A stretch of DNA of 64,000 bases from Octopus bimaculoides (GCF_001194135.2 NC_068982.1:152617670-152681669), one strand, 5' to 3'; counted from the stretch's first letter, positions 1-14,448 are shown. Notes: generated by a model not told the origin, from the letters alone. Translations and numbers: made by a program.

Positions 1-236
1 ATATATATATATATATAAATGCACTGACTATGTAATTAAATTTAGACAATTCCCAAGTGGTTGTTCAACTGAAGGAATGTTGGGTCCTGGCAGGTAATAA
101 TAATATGTAATTATTCGTAGACTTTCTAAAATATTGATATGCATCTAGGCGTGATTTTGGATCACTCTGTAGCTTAGTGATTCAAAGTTCGGTCAGACTA
201 CTCGGTATTTTGCATGAGTCTTCCATCGTATTCTGC

Positions 237-267
<31 letters not shown>

Positions 268-303
268 TGTATGCATGCATGTATGTATACATATTTATTC
301 ATA

Positions 304-334
304 TATTGGGCCATCCCATTAATAACGAGGTTTT
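304..334 (+). mobile_element. Orphan mariner-type TIR
   Basis: TATTGGGCCATCCCATTAATAACGAGGTTTT resembles the TIR at 491; no partner TIR seen. Confidence 0.55.
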
Positions 335-490
335 TTCAATTGCATGGAGTGGGGAAGGGATAAATTACATGTGCAAGTTCGTTATTTTCAAACTTTCTTT
401 CGATTTGCAGCATACCGAATAACATACTAAAATGTTACTGCGCAACATCAGTTTTATAAAAGCTTTATTACACACAGAAAGGCATAAATA

Positions 491-1689
491 TTGGATCATC
501 CCATAAATAATGCAGTTTTTTTGCTATAATCCAAGTAGTAATTTTACGTCATCCTTATTCTTATTGCAAGATCTGAAGGGTGCAGTTCAATTTTAACAGT
601 TATTTTTCAAAGTTATAATGGAGGCGACAAAGAAGCATATTCGGCATATTTTGCTTTATGAGTTCAATAAAAGCATCAACGGAATGGAAAGTACGAGGAA
701 TATTAATGCAGTATATGGGGATCGGACAATAAGCATAAGCCAATGTCAAAGGAGGTTCCAGAAATTCCGAGCCAGAAACTACAGCCTAGAAGACGAGCTT
801 CGTCTTGGAAGATCTGTAGAGCTCGATGAGGACGTCCGACAACTCCTGGTGGAACAAAATCCCATCGTACCTGTTGAGGAACTAGCAGAGAAGCTTGGAT
901 TTGTCATTCAACCATTCATCGATACCTACGCGCCATCAGAAATGTCAGCAAATTGGGTCAATGGTTCCTCACAAACTTTCGCGTGCAGACAGTGAATTTG
1001 TGCTCTTCTTTGCTGTCACATCTCATGAATGAACCTTTTTTGGACGGAATATTGACTCGTGACGAGAAATGTCAAGCACCGATGACAGTGTGTAGGGAAG
1101 GAGAAACACCGGCACCCCAGGCTAAAGAAGGCCTTCACCAACGTAAGATGTTGTTATGTAATTGGTGGGATATGAAAGATTTAGTCCACTTTGAACTTTT
1201 AAACTCAATCCAAACGATAACAAAGATCTACCGCGAGCAGCTTGAGCGGCTTAAGTCAGCGCTAGAAGAAAAACGACCATGTTTGGTTTCAAAACGAAAG
1301 GTGTTCTTCTATCAGGATAATGCTCGGCCACATACAGCGAGGATGACATTCCAAAGGCCGGAGCAGTTTAAATGGGAAACGATACCCCATCCACCATATT
1401 TGCTGGACATTACACTATCTGATTATAATTTATTCCGCAGGCTTCAAAATTATTAGGAAGGAAAAGATATGAATTCAATAGACGAGGTCAGAACAGCACT
1501 GGAGGAGTATTTTTCGTCACGGACAAGTGGATTTTGGAAGAGGGGCCTTGGAAGTTTATCAGATAGATGGAAAAGCATTATAAAAAATGAAGGAGAGTAT
1601 TTTTTAGATGAAAAAGAAAACAACTTTGTTTATCCTAATTTTGAAAAATAAAAGTATAAAAAAACCGCATTATTTATGGGATGACCCAA
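491..1689 (+). mobile_element. Full-length (~1.2 kb) mariner DNA transposon, inactivated
   Basis: 5' TIR TTGGATCATCCCATAAATAATGCAGTTTTTTT (491-) matches the reverse complement of the 3' end AAAAAAACCGCATTATTTATGGGATGACCCAA (-1689). TA dinucleotides at 489-490 and 1690-1691. Internal transposase remnant. Confidence 0.95.
618..1612 (+). pseudogene. Mariner (DD34D) transposase pseudogene split over 3 ORFs
   Basis: MEATKKHIRHILLYEF N-terminal HTH; ILTRDEK (degenerate IVTGDEKW); FYQDNARPHTA; HPPYLLDITLSDYNLF (degenerate HPPYSPDLAPSDYHLF); RWKSIIKNEGEYF C-terminus. Contains frameshifts and an in-frame TAG at 1454-1456. Confidence 0.92.
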
Positions 1690-2643
1690 TATATAGATAC
1701 ATATACATATCTGTGAAAATATATATCCTTATATACGTGTGTATATGTGTGTTTGTGCAGGAATAAAGGAACGTGGTTTACGTCTATTCTTGCACGTCTT
1801 CATATGATTCCACTTACTATGCGTGTTCTGGAAACTGTTTGTTTCTTAATAGTATGTCCAGGAGGAATAGTTTTAGCAATATAAATAATTGTAATATAAA
1901 TCATTGTAGTTTGTCGTAGTGACAGCAATGGAAGCTTTGCAACCCTGTTGTACCTAGAGAATGTTAGCTTCGACAAATTACACATATCTACTATAATTTC
2001 AGAAAAAGTTAATGGAACTCCTAGTCATTTTTTTTTCTGAGCTGCTTCTGCTTTCAGAGGTGTAAAAATGAATACAGCGCATAATAATTACATATAACGC
2101 TGTACTGTAATATTTAAAAGAATGACGGTTGATATCGTAATTTCCATAAAGAATCTCATTATCATAAACATGCAATATCTCTAGCTTTTATATAGCGTGA
2201 TCTTCTTTCAGTAACTGTTTCTTCTTTTAATGACAATTGCTATTCTCTCGGAAAATGTATTCCATATACATGACTTTAGACCCCTAGCTTAAATCCTGTC
2301 AATATTTATTATATTATAGAAAGTTATGCAAGTAACCTGTATCAAACTTTCAGGAAAGTAACTTCTATACAAAGGCCTACACTGAAGAGGGTGGTTATGA
2401 AAACTAACATTTTTCTCCCTCTATCTGACTCTACCTTTCTCTCTCTTTTTTCTCCCCCTCTCTATCTATCAATACATACATACATACATACATACATACA
2501 TACATACATAAATTCATGCATATATGTGAGTGTGTGTGTCTGTGTGTCTGTGTTTGTGAATGTGCACGTATGTATATGTACGTATGTGTGAGTATGTTTA
2601 TAAATGTATTTGCGTATCCACCCATCCATCCATCCATCTATCC

Positions 2644-2709
<66 letters not shown>

Positions 2710-4268
2710 ATGTATGTATGTGTGTGTGTGTGATTTATTTCTTTATTTGCAGCACAACTGCGGCTATAGGTACAATGAAATATATATCTACTATATATAT
2801 AAGAGATAAATTAACCTGGCGGATACCGAATTTTCTCATAGAATGGTATAGATGCAAGCCATCCACAACATTCCAATTACTATTCAAGTTTAAATTGATA
2901 CTGGTACTTGTAAGCTCCACTTGTTGGATAGTTCCTCGTTCCCATTCAGGGCTGCAAATATTCGGTAGAATCTATAACTGAAAGCCAAGAGGAGAGTGGA
3001 AATTTATTCTCATCCAAAAGTTTCTTATTAAACAATTTTCTACAGCATCTATAACTAGGACCAACGTATGTTTCTACTGCAGCTACTACACATTGCTCTG
3101 TATGTAATTATGTATCTTAGTCGCTGCTATTTCATGAACCGTCCATCACTTACGACATTTTCAAAGTGAACTAATTCAAACAAGCTTCCTGCGTTGGTAT
3201 TAAGTTGAAAGTGACAGCGTTACTTTTACATCGAATTGAATTCTGGTCTTATAATCACCTCTACTAGTATTATAATTAAAATATGGTTTTAAAATGTTTA
3301 TATATATTACAATTAATTGTAGCAGCTTTGTTTACATTTTACTGTATGGAGTACATTATTTATTCAGAGGTATTTAATGTATCTTGGATTTATACGATCG
3401 ATTAATATTATTGTTATTATTATTATAATTATATTTATTAGTATTATTTGCATAAATATCATTAATTATCACAATCGTTATTTTAACTAGTATAATTGCT
3501 ATAAATGGTAAGTTATGTTCCTGTCTAGTGTTTATAAGAGTGTATTTTCAAGTGAAAATTTGGTACATTTCTCTCACACAAATGTTACACCTAATATCAC
3601 CTATTCTATAAGGTTTTGCTTTACTAATCAGTTCCCAAGCAATCGAAAATTCTTTGTTATTATCTTTTAGTGCCCAAATTAGCTTAAGCTGGTAGTATTC
3701 ATTTTGTCCCTATTTCTAAACGAACTTGAATGATTGGCAATTCTCTGCTTAATATAACATGAGCTAGCTCCTACATAGAAATACTCTCTATTCTCTGAGG
3801 CAATATTACATCTGTATATTATATTCTTATGCTTACAATTAGAGTTAAGAGGACAGACCCTGTTCCTTGCACAATCGCATTTAATACTACTACTTCTATT
3901 ACTAGTAGATTACNNNNNNNNNNNNNNNNNNNNNNATATAACATGAGCTAGCTCCTACATAGAAATACTCTCTATTCTCTGAGGCAATATTACATCTGTA
4001 TATTATATTCTTATGCTTACAATTAGAGTTAAGAGGACAGACCCTGTTCCTTGCACAATCGCATTTAATACTACTACTTCTATTACTAGTAGATTACTAA
4101 TATCTACTTCACCTGTTCTAGATGTGATCTCTATAATTATAATTCTGGTTACTATTATTGTTATTGTTCATATGGAAACTGATAAATTTTCCATTGTTGT
4201 GTGCTGCTATAATTTGTGCTACATTTTTTGCTACTAAAGAAAGCTAATGCAATGGTATGTTTATTACA

Positions 4269-4480
4269 ATTTCTATAGCATTTACTGTCTTTTGGAAAAT
4301 GTTTAGTTAATACCAAATAAAGCAATTTTGGTATGTTGGAAACTATTTCTTTTCCGAAGGGAATTATATACCATCCGATATAGCTAGAGTTATCCATGTT
4401 ACTGAGGTATATATTTCTATTTCTACCTAAGCTTTTTCTAAAAGTGTGTAATCTATTTATCTGGATTTTACGGCATTGGG
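4269..4480 (+). pseudogene. Possible highly decayed CR1/L2-type reverse transcriptase remnant
   Basis: ISIAFTVFWKMF (4269-4304) and IYLDF (4455-4469) occur at about the spacing of the ISLTS..CK and YLDFxKAFD motifs. Weak. Confidence 0.3.
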
Positions 4481-7400
4481 TTTGTTTGCTATTATACTTG
4501 ACACATTTGTCAATTATTTGTATATTACTATTTATAGAGCTTATGTATTACTTACCTACCCTATTTGAATGAGACCTCTTAGTAGGTTCATTCATATCTA
4601 AGCCACTTTGTTCTTTATTTGGCACACAATGAAGTAAATTGGACTCTTCTTTTTGTTCCTAAGTACTCTACTAGCAGTCAAATCTTCTTTAACGTAGCGT
4701 TGAAGGATAGAATGCACAAAGTAGATAATGTAGGCAGCCTTATATCCAGAAAAAAAGTAAAAGACTGAATAGTTACAAGTGGGATGAAACTAAACGACCA
4801 GATTAACAACTATTTAGATAAACCTTATTTGAATATTATTGCCTTTCTAACTGGGCATCATGACAATATTTGAATATTGGTCGTATTCTTCAAGAGATGT
4901 GTGTGAAATTCATGTCTTTTCCCAGGAAATTAGGTGCTGAAACAAAATGAGATATCTACAACCGAAAACAAAACCTCATTGTGTTCGATATCTTAGATAA
5001 ATATGAATATATCTTAGGGTGAAAACACAAGGACTGTAGAATTTTGTGAATTTGTTTTCAATAAGTTTATAATGAGAAATGATATCATATCTAATTGATT
5101 AATTGGCAAAGAAATGATTAATGAGAAACAATGACACGAAGATAAAAAGAAGATAAGATAGAGAAGAGTCAGACATTGAAAATACTAATTTTCGGAACTC
5201 TGCATTCAGTTTCAGGCATATAATTTATAATTAATTTTAGATTTTGAAAATACTTTGCATTTTCATTCAGAGAAAATCAAATCAGTACATACAGAAAATA
5301 TAATTCAATTTATTAAAATATAAATCTATATATTAAAGTGTATAGTTTTGTACTGGCTTTAAATACTTTGATAACTTAATGTTTCAATACGAAATTTATG
5401 ACTTTATCAGTAACGTTGTTTGCGAGATTATATAGCTGTCCAGTCGTTAATATAAAGTTAGTTAACGCAATAATCTCAATAGTACACAAGAACATTTAAC
5501 CACTTGTCACTTTAGAAATAGTTTCACCTCTTAAATCTTTCATCATTTGAAAGCGGGAATATTTTATTTGAGAGCAGATCATGAGATCACTTAAAAATTA
5601 TCAGATACTACATTCTTAATAACGGTGTTTTAATACCATTGGTTACATCATAGCTTGCAGCTCGCAACCTTTTGATCCCACACTTACTCTATGAAAAGAA
5701 CTAAAAGTTTCGTTAGGAATTACGCTACTTTCTTTGAAATTATAAATTCATCTAATCGAAAAAATATTTCCTTGATGCAAGATTGCTAACCTGAATACTC
5801 AATTTAAAGAGAATGAGTCACATTGGAGTAATATGCGCCGCGAAGAAATAGAATTCATAAATAGCCACAATAACCCGCACATCATTTTGGAACTGTAATT
5901 GTTTCAGTATTTAATTAAAGTATTGGTTTTTAGCTAGTTTGTATTTTATCAACAGTGCAGGGACTAATATGCTAAAAGTGACGGCTAACATGTTTTGAAT
6001 TCAAAGCAGTGTGTAATAAATTGTATCCATCCAAATGTAAGTCGCCCACCTGTTTGAAAAACATTCCCTTACCCCAACCCAACACTACAGCGTCTGGCCT
6101 ACATACATGCTGTCTTTTTATTCTGCTTAATCTAATTTATCGTGGCCAAAATATCCTCTGAAACAGGATCATGTATACCAACATTAATTTACCCTCTCGT
6201 TACTCTATCTGTCCGTGACACCCTTATTGCATTTAACGCCACTTTGATTACTCTTTCTTTCCAAGGGCGCCAGAATTTATCCTGCAGACATGGAGGTGGA
6301 CATGAACTTTATCTCATCCAACCTATGAGTACTAAAATATGAAGACTAGTACTGCTTCTTATCCATCTGACTAACATATAACAACAAAATGATGCTTGGC
6401 ATTACTGAATCTGCCGTTGAAAATGAGCAATATTCGGAATGCTGAAATTGTCGTTTAATCCTAATTGAAAAGGTCTCTGATCAACGCTGTTTCAGCCCAA
6501 CCTCTTTGTTATGAGTTTGTAGATAGTATTTTCTATGTGCTTCCCATGTTTTAAGATTGTAGGATGTGAATTGTGGTAGATTCGGCTGCCATTTATAGCA
6601 GGCTTAACAGGTCAAGCGTGCGTATAAACCCAGATTTCAGTTTCAAATTGTTGAATGTTAAAAAGAAAAAAGAAAAAAGATTAATTGGAAAAAAGTGGTT
6701 GATGCTGAACTCTCCTTTTCACAGAACTATGATCGGTAAATATGGCAGCACGTAACAGATATTAGTTTTATCAAAGACTGTCATAATAATGAAGCACTTA
6801 CCATATTCCCCTTTAACTTGCTGCATCATTTTCAATTTTCTTTTTGAAGCATTTTTATAACATTTCTTGGAAATAACATTTCATGACAAATTAATTGAGC
6901 TGGAAAAATAGTATTATTTCTCTTTTCTTTTCCTATTTCCATTGAATTATTTCTCCAAAACTAAGCAACAACACTATGATATAGAATATAGTAGATAGTA
7001 GCGATGATAGTGGCGATAGCAGTAGTGTTGGTGGCGGTGGTGGTGGTGTTGGCAATGATGATGATGATGATGATAATAAAAAAAACAACATGGATTGAGC
7101 GCTGAATAAAATTAATGAATAAAGAAGGAGTGTTCTAATGATTTAAGGAAGTATCACGAAATAATCACACGCGCATCACCAAAATAAGCCAGATAATAAT
7201 TTTTTCTCTTTCTATGTCGAAACGTTAAAGTAGCGTACTATAGAAATTAGTTAAACACGTTAATTTGACAGTCAACTACTGAGTAGAGTTATTTGTCTGC
7301 TATTTTGGTATTGAATTTTTATTACACTCACTTTTATTTCAATTTTATAGTTCGATATGAAATATCATGAACCGCTCCTATACTTTAGATTTTTTTTATT

Positions 7401-7843
7401 AACCCTCACCACCTACCGTGTTTTCACACCTTACTTGACTATTTGCTTCTTGCTTTTGCCCGCTCCTCTTTTAATATAGCCATTTTCTAGTCAAATTTGC
7501 ATTTTGATTTCATTTAAATGTTAATTTTGGCTTCTAATTTTCTCACTTTTTTCTTCTCAAAACGAGTCCTGTTTCTGTGTTTATGACTATGATTCACATA
7601 TCCCTTCTAATGGGAATATTGTTATTGAGGAGACAATGAGATTACCCTTACGTAGCTGTTCTATCTGCTAGAAAAACAGCAAAAATCTATTGACTCCAGT
7701 GGGATAACAAATCGAAGTGGAAAGCATCGGTGGAATTTCAATAGAAGAGACAGATAGACAACCAAATCACCGAACATTGAACTATGGGATTCTTACAAAT
7801 TACAGCTGAAAAAGGGGGGACGGTCCCCCCTGGGAGACCTTTT

Positions 7844-8075
7844 TACTACTACTACTACGACTACTACTACTACTGCTGCTGCTGCTGCCGCTGCCACTGC
7901 TGCTGCTGCTACCGCTGCTACCGCTGCTACCGCTGCCGTCACCGCTGCCGCCACCGCTGCCGCCACCGCTGCCGCCACCGCTGCCGCCACCGCTGCCGCC
8001 ACCGCTGCCGCCACCACCACCACCACCACCACCACCACCATCAGCACTACCACCACCATACCACCACCAACGCCG
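7844..8075. repeat. Compound GC-rich triplet repeat containing 6 perfect copies of a 12-mer
   Basis: (CTA)n, then (CTG)n, then (CACCGCTGCCGC)x6 at 7940-8011, then (CAC)n; triplet phase is kept throughout. Confidence 0.95.
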
Positions 8076-9712
8076 ATGCTGCCTATTGCTGCTTCTACGA
8101 CTGTGGTTGCTGGACTGTTTTGTCAAGGGATTTCTATATGGTTGCCGTATCTAGTAGAAATAACAGCCAAATGTCTTTCAAACTTCCTACATACCCGTTA
8201 AAAAAGACGGGTGGTTATGGCTTAAATTTGTGAAACAAAGAAAGGAGAATTTTGCCTTTTGTTAAAAAAGAGGAAGGTGAATGTTCTAAATTTCTCAAAT
8301 AATTTTACTTTTCGGTGTGGACTGGTATTCGTCCGTTTGAGAAAAACTACGCTATGACTTATAAAGACATTAGGGAACATGTATTCGTAACTAATATTAA
8401 TATATTTCATCATATATAATGTACAGTGATAGTGAATCATAGAGAATCGTAGAGGTGGTAAGGGAGCTATAACACGGCATGACTGGGCGCTATAGTAAAG
8501 TGTTATCATGAGATAATGCTTCTGTACACTAGTATGTTGTTTTCTTTTTTTTTTAAATTCTTCTCAAAATTATGAATCAGAAAATATTAAACACATAATT
8601 GTATAGCAATTTAGGATATAGAACCTTGCCTGATCTTGTGTTAGGTGACTCACTAATACTCTGGTGATACAGAAAAAATATATGATCTATATATCGTAAA
8701 GGAGATGCCGTGAGAAATGGATATATAATTTTATATAATGGCAGAATAGATGAGAGTTAGTACTTTCATATTTCTGGACAATATATTGAATAGCACAGTG
8801 TGATGTATTAATAGAACAATACGCTTAGCTGATATTTTGGTTGTATCCGTTTCTTATGAAAATACATCCAAATGACATAACAATAATTATAAAAAAAAGA
8901 CTACAGAATAATTTAGGTATTGTTTCTCAAAATATCTCTTAAAGGAGAATAGTAATTAAAAAAATAGTAATTTTTAAAAATAAAAATTCCAGTTACACAC
9001 ACTGGGGTTGTCGTGGAGCTTGAACAACTACTAAAAAAGTCAAACAAAACAATAAAACATTTAAAACACCTTATTTTTTATTGTTTGTTTGCCAGCAGGA
9101 AATCTTTCGACGATTTTAGACCCTAGAAAAAGTTCTCTTTTATAAGAGAAAGGAAAGCGCGAATAAACAAAGAAGATAATATCTCGTGTTTGGTGCCCAT
9201 AGCAGTGAGATAATATTCGTGCAAGGATTGTTCAATTTTTAATTCTTGTCGAGATTTAGCTATCTTGACGTTGCTCAGTTTTAGTTTTGGTTTCTCGATT
9301 TTTTCTATTCTAATATACCTTCTAACATATTCCTTACATGTTCCTTTCCTTTTTATATTCTGTGATTTTGTTTTGTTTCTATGTTCATCTTTCCTCTTGA
9401 TACTTTCAATATGGCTTTCGTTTTATGTTTTTCTCTTTTTTATTACACCTCCGATGTTCTGAATCTGTTTCCAACATTTTCAAATTTCATTCACACGCAT
9501 TTATAGTTAAATTACATTCTATATTATGTTCACATAAACACACGTACCCAGTCATATACTCACACAAATACACGAGCGCACTTGTGCACACATATGAATT
9601 TATAAATACAAAAATATATGCATTTATTTATATTTTGCTAGATATATGCATGTAAGACACACACATGTATATGTATGTATGTATGTATGTATGCATGCAT
9701 GTATGCATGTAT

Positions 9713-9752
<40 letters not shown>

Positions 9753-10469
9753 GATACTATATACAATATGTTAGTTTGAAATTATCTTTTTATGAACTAT
9801 GGTGTTGCAGAAGAGGTTGACATGCTAAATAATGTAAAATATTGCTAGGAGAATAAATGATACTAAAAATACTGAATGTATTCACTCCAATAAAAAGTTA
9901 ATTCACAGAACATGACAATAAAATAATATATTTGCTATTTAAAAAATAAAGTTTCATTTTTTTTTCTCAAGGACCGTACGAAGGAAAAAATGCATGTTGC
10001 CAATTTTGTAGACAATTTCTCAGCTAATATCAATTTTTTGCGCACGGATACTGGTGAAAGAGAGAGAATATTATTTCAGAATCTACAGTCATTGAAACAA
10101 GATTATACATTGCCATAAATTTCTGCAGCTATGAAGTGAGCCAAAGTGGAAGTCTCTACGTGGTTATTCGACTGGCTTGAAGTACTAACTAGGCCTTTAA
10201 CATTTTACACTCTACTTACTTAAAACGAGAAGGATACATCAGACAATGTGGTCATATACACCTCTAAATATACGGAATTGTCATGACTAGAATATGTTTG
10301 ACCAGTGGGGGGGGGAGTGCTAGATTTCATTTTAATATTTGTATTGATATTCGTCTCTCACGTTTTGCATTTATATCAATGCATGTATATTAGATCACGT
10401 CAGTTTTGTTCTATAGGTTACCCGTAATAAGCACTCGCCGAGCAGCAAGAGCGGTTAGTAATTATTGCA

Positions 10470-11400
10470 AATAACATGGAATTAAACAAGAGTGAAAAAT
10501 CAGCAATCATTTTTAAGATCTGGACTAAAATCTGAAATAGAAATATAGCATCAGCTGTACAAGACAAATACCTACCCATAAATATCCACAAAAATATAAC
10601 TGGAAAAATGCGCTAGCATTAAATCAGAGTATGTAACTATTACGATGAAGCTGCTGACCACATCACATTTTGCTGACCAGTATTTACTGAATCAAAATAT
10701 ATATGATCTAGTCGGCAACTTGGTTAAGTAGGCTATAGTTTTCCAGCGAAAACGAATATTAATAAGTGATATGAACACGAACCAAATACAGAACATTACA
10801 AGTTTTTGCCTACAATCATCCTGCGGAAAATGAAAAGGAAATGAACATGGAGACAGACTACCCAAATTAAATAAGAAAAGTTTGTATGCTGATAGTTACT
10901 TCGATTCTTGCTGGCCAAAATATCCAAAACAAAACGAAGAAACTATCGAAGTACAAGCGTATTGAGACTGAAATGAACAAAATATGGGTTACGAAATTAA
11001 AAGCACTATGATAAAAATATGAACGATGCATACAAAATATAATAGAAAAAAAAAAAATGAACCCTGCCAGGCACAAAACATATCCTGCGCAAAGAAATTT
11101 CATCAATATCACAAATGTGTTGCATGCAGTGAGTGTGTAACAAGCTGCACACTCAGTGAATGCAACATATTCCTTGTTAAATATCCACACAAATCAAATA
11201 TCCAGCAAATAACCCAGTCAAATAACGCAATGCGTACTCTTACATAACCGATACTCGACAGTGTAATACCAACAGCGAAAAACACTTCCATTGTACACAA
11301 CCACCGCTCATAAGTATTACACACCCCAGCTATTATAAAATCTACACGATCCCCGTCCAACAGCAAAAGTCATAATTACATATGCATTACACCACAAACA
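10470..11400 (+). mobile_element. Decayed 3' portion of an R4/Dong-type (RLE-endonuclease) non-LTR retrotransposon
   Basis: Zn-knuckle-like RVCNYYDEAADHITFC (10626-10673); CMLIVTSILAGQNI followed by KKLSKYKRIETEMNKIW (~10885-10990, RLE region); LPGTKHILRKEIS (~11061-11100, the LLGTAxILRKxL C-terminus). The 3' UTR boundary is approximate. Confidence 0.6.
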
Positions 11401-11514
11401 CTAACCAACAATAAAAAATGATGCATGTTGAACATATTATACATAGCAATGCAAAACTGATGTAGTAAACAAACACAATTCTACATTCGCAAAAATATAC
11501 TGCACAATGATGAT

Positions 11515-11712
11515 AATGTGATAGTGGTGGTGATGATGATGATGATGAATATGGTAGTGATGGTTGTGGTGGTAGTGTTGATGGTAGTGATGACGATGAT
11601 GATGACGATGGTGGTAGCGATGGTGGTGGTAGTGATGATGATGACGATGATGGTGGTGGTGGTGGTGGTGGTGGTGGTGATGGTGGTGGTGATGGTGGTG
11701 GTAGTGGTCGGG
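11515..11712. repeat. (GAT/GGT)n compound trinucleotide microsatellite
   Basis: Seen directly. Confidence 0.95.
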
Positions 11713-12345
11713 TAAGGATGGTGATTATAGTCTTGGTTGCTGTGGTTGTAGTAAATTTTACGTAGTTATTGCCTTAAATTTACCATTTTACAACGGCTGA
11801 ATACTTATTTTATACACCAAGCAACGTGAATATTTACACGATATATGTCATCTATATTTATATATTATACATCAATGCTTCTCCCACCAAACAATCGATT
11901 CGTTATTATATCAGTTTCTCCGTTAATACGTTTGTATGCAGCCACAAGCACTCACGTACACGAACAACCAAAACATACACACTCACTCATGAAAGGACGA
12001 AGACAGGTGTATAAACAACAAGCAGGTGTATCAATTTGACGGTCGGGAAGGTGAGAAAGTCTTTTACGTTTCAAGCCTACGCTCTTCAACAGAAAGGAAC
12101 ACGAGGAAATAAACAGTACACTCCCCCCCCCCACACACACGGAGAGTTTGAACAAATAAAAAATCATTTTATTTTTATAATAGTCAATTCCATATCGCCT
12201 ACGTATGTTTCAATTTCTCACCTTCATTCAGATTTTGCAATTAAGATTGCATTATGCATTTGAAAGGTAAAAGTCTCATCAGGGCAAACATTGACAAAAC
12301 TTCATTCCCATCCTAATGGATAGAGACTTGCTTACCAACTAACAT

Positions 12346-12739
12346 TGTTTGTTGTGTGTTGGCACTCCGTCGCTTACGACGTCGAGGGTTCCAGTTGATC
12401 CGATCAACGGAACAGCCTGCTCGTGAAATTAACGTGAAAGTGGCTGAGCACTCCACAGACACGTGTACCCTTAACGTAGTTCTCGGGGATATTCAGCGTG
12501 ACACAGTGTGACAAGGCTGACCCTTTGAATTACAGGCACAACAGAAACAGGAAGAAAGAGTGAGAGAAAGTTGTGGCGAAAAAGTACAGCAGGGTTCGCC
12601 ACCATCCCCTGCCGGAGCCTCGTGGAGCTTTTAGGTGTTTTCGCTCAATAAACACTAACAACGCCCGGTCTGGGAATCGAAACCGCGATCCTATGACCGC
12701 GAGTCCGCTGCCCTAACCACTGGGCCATTGCGCCTCCAC
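12346..12739 (-). mobile_element. Full-length tRNA-derived SINE (family A, ~394 bp) with 12-bp TSD
   Basis: Minus-strand head GTGGAGGCGCAATGGCCCAGTGGTTAGGGCAGCGGACTCGCGG...GGTTTCGATTCC with A box, B box and an Arg-like TCG loop. Perfect TSD ACCAACTAACAT at 12334-12345 and 12740-12751. Confidence 0.92.
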
Positions 12740-12929
12740 ACCAACTAACATAGCAACATGCCTTTGTGTGTTTACGTTAGCATGTGTCTTTGGATTCCTT
12801 TCTAAAAATAGCTTACATATATATGCATACGTATGTATATATGCATACATATATTATATATATATATTATATAAATATATATATGTACATATATATGTGT
12901 GTGTGTATATATACATATATATATGTGTG

Positions 12930-12961
<32 letters not shown>

Positions 12962-13446
12962 AGTACATGTACACACACACACACACCTCTACACACACAC
13001 CCATACGTAACTTAACGTGAATGTTTGGTTAGAATGCCGAATACAGCAGATCCTCCTATATAGAGGCATAGTGCATAAAAGTACAAATTTATCGTTAGCA
13101 GAAAAGAATCTTCTGCTATGGCGCCGGAATAGCCAGATCATGAGATTTCTGTATATCGTCGGCAATGAGATTTGGTTGGTATAACTTCATTAAACTCTAA
13201 TGTGATACGCAAGCATTCAACTATGAGTGTATTGCATCGTATAGCAGAAACAGCCGTTAGCTAACGAAGTTCATTACAGTTTATTTTCCTTTGACATTTT
13301 AATTTCTTATTACTTCTCTATACTCGACTGAAACATTATTCTGAAGTATATGGATATTGAGGACTAACACCAGGTTATGCGAAATAATATATACATACAT
13401 ATAAACATAGATACATACATACATACATAAATACATACATACATAC

Positions 13447-13486
<40 letters not shown>

Positions 13487-13731
13487 NNNNNNNNNNNNNN
13501 NNNNNNNNNNNNNNNNNNNNNNNNNNNNNNNNNNNNNNNNNNNNNNNNNNNNNNNNNNNNNNNNNNNNNNNNNNNNNNNNNNNNNNNNNNNNNNNNNNNN
13601 NNNNNNNNNNNNNNNNNNNNNNNNNNNNNNNNNNNNNNNNNNNNNNNNNNNNNNNNNNNNNNNNNNNNNNNNNNNNNNNNNNNNNNNNNNNNNNNNNNNN
13701 NNNNNNNNNNNNNNNNNNNNNNNNNNNNNNN

Positions 13732-13788
<57 letters not shown>

Positions 13789-14448
13789 GTCCGGTCTTTC
13801 TCTCAGCTTCTGTATATATATATATATATATATATATGTAAGTATGTATATGTATACATGCATGTAAATATATGAATATATGTGCGCGCGCAAGTGTGTG
13901 ATTTTTCTGGCTGCGTGCGTGTATGTATTTTTTTATTTTCCATGACACTGATAGACTTAGAGACGCTGAAACTACATCTACATTTTGAAATGTGACATGC
14001 GTACACACTGAAATAGACCGCCCGTACATGCAGCCTAGTAGAGTTATTGACGCATTGCTACCCATATTCTCCTTCTCTCTCTCTCTCTCTCCCTCTCTTT
14101 TGACATGCGCATAAACTTACACATACAAAGGTATGCGAATAAGTGCACGCACACACACATATCTTTCTAATTAATTACCAATTGGATATTTATCAGAGTT
14201 TATTATTAGAGATCAATTTAATATGTGTAATTGTGATTTTATCTCTACCAATGAAAAGTCGATATAAATGCATTCTCATTCTGTGTGGTATTGGAAAGGA
14301 ATTCTTCATTATGTAAATCCGATATGTGTCTAACTAGTGTCAGTAGATAGTAAAATCAATGTGGCTACGAATTGTCAGAAATTATTAACTGACCGACTGA
14401 ATACTTTCCTTTATGTTCGCTTCACATATAAAAATGTTTAAATGAAAT

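Noticed and set aside
3046-3065. 20-nt micro-exon candidate (TTTTCTACAG / GTATGT)
   Set aside because: One open frame of 6 codons is expected by chance in 64 kb; untestable without RNA data.
3752-4097. Exact 162-bp tandem duplication (3752-3913 / 3936-4097)
   Set aside because: The copies flank a 22-N gap and are identical, the classic signature of unmerged overlapping contig ends.
12660-12739. tRNA-Arg-like sequence on the minus strand (also 22460-22529)
   Set aside because: No acceptor-stem pairing; continues into a SINE body with a TSD. These are SINE heads, not tRNA genes.
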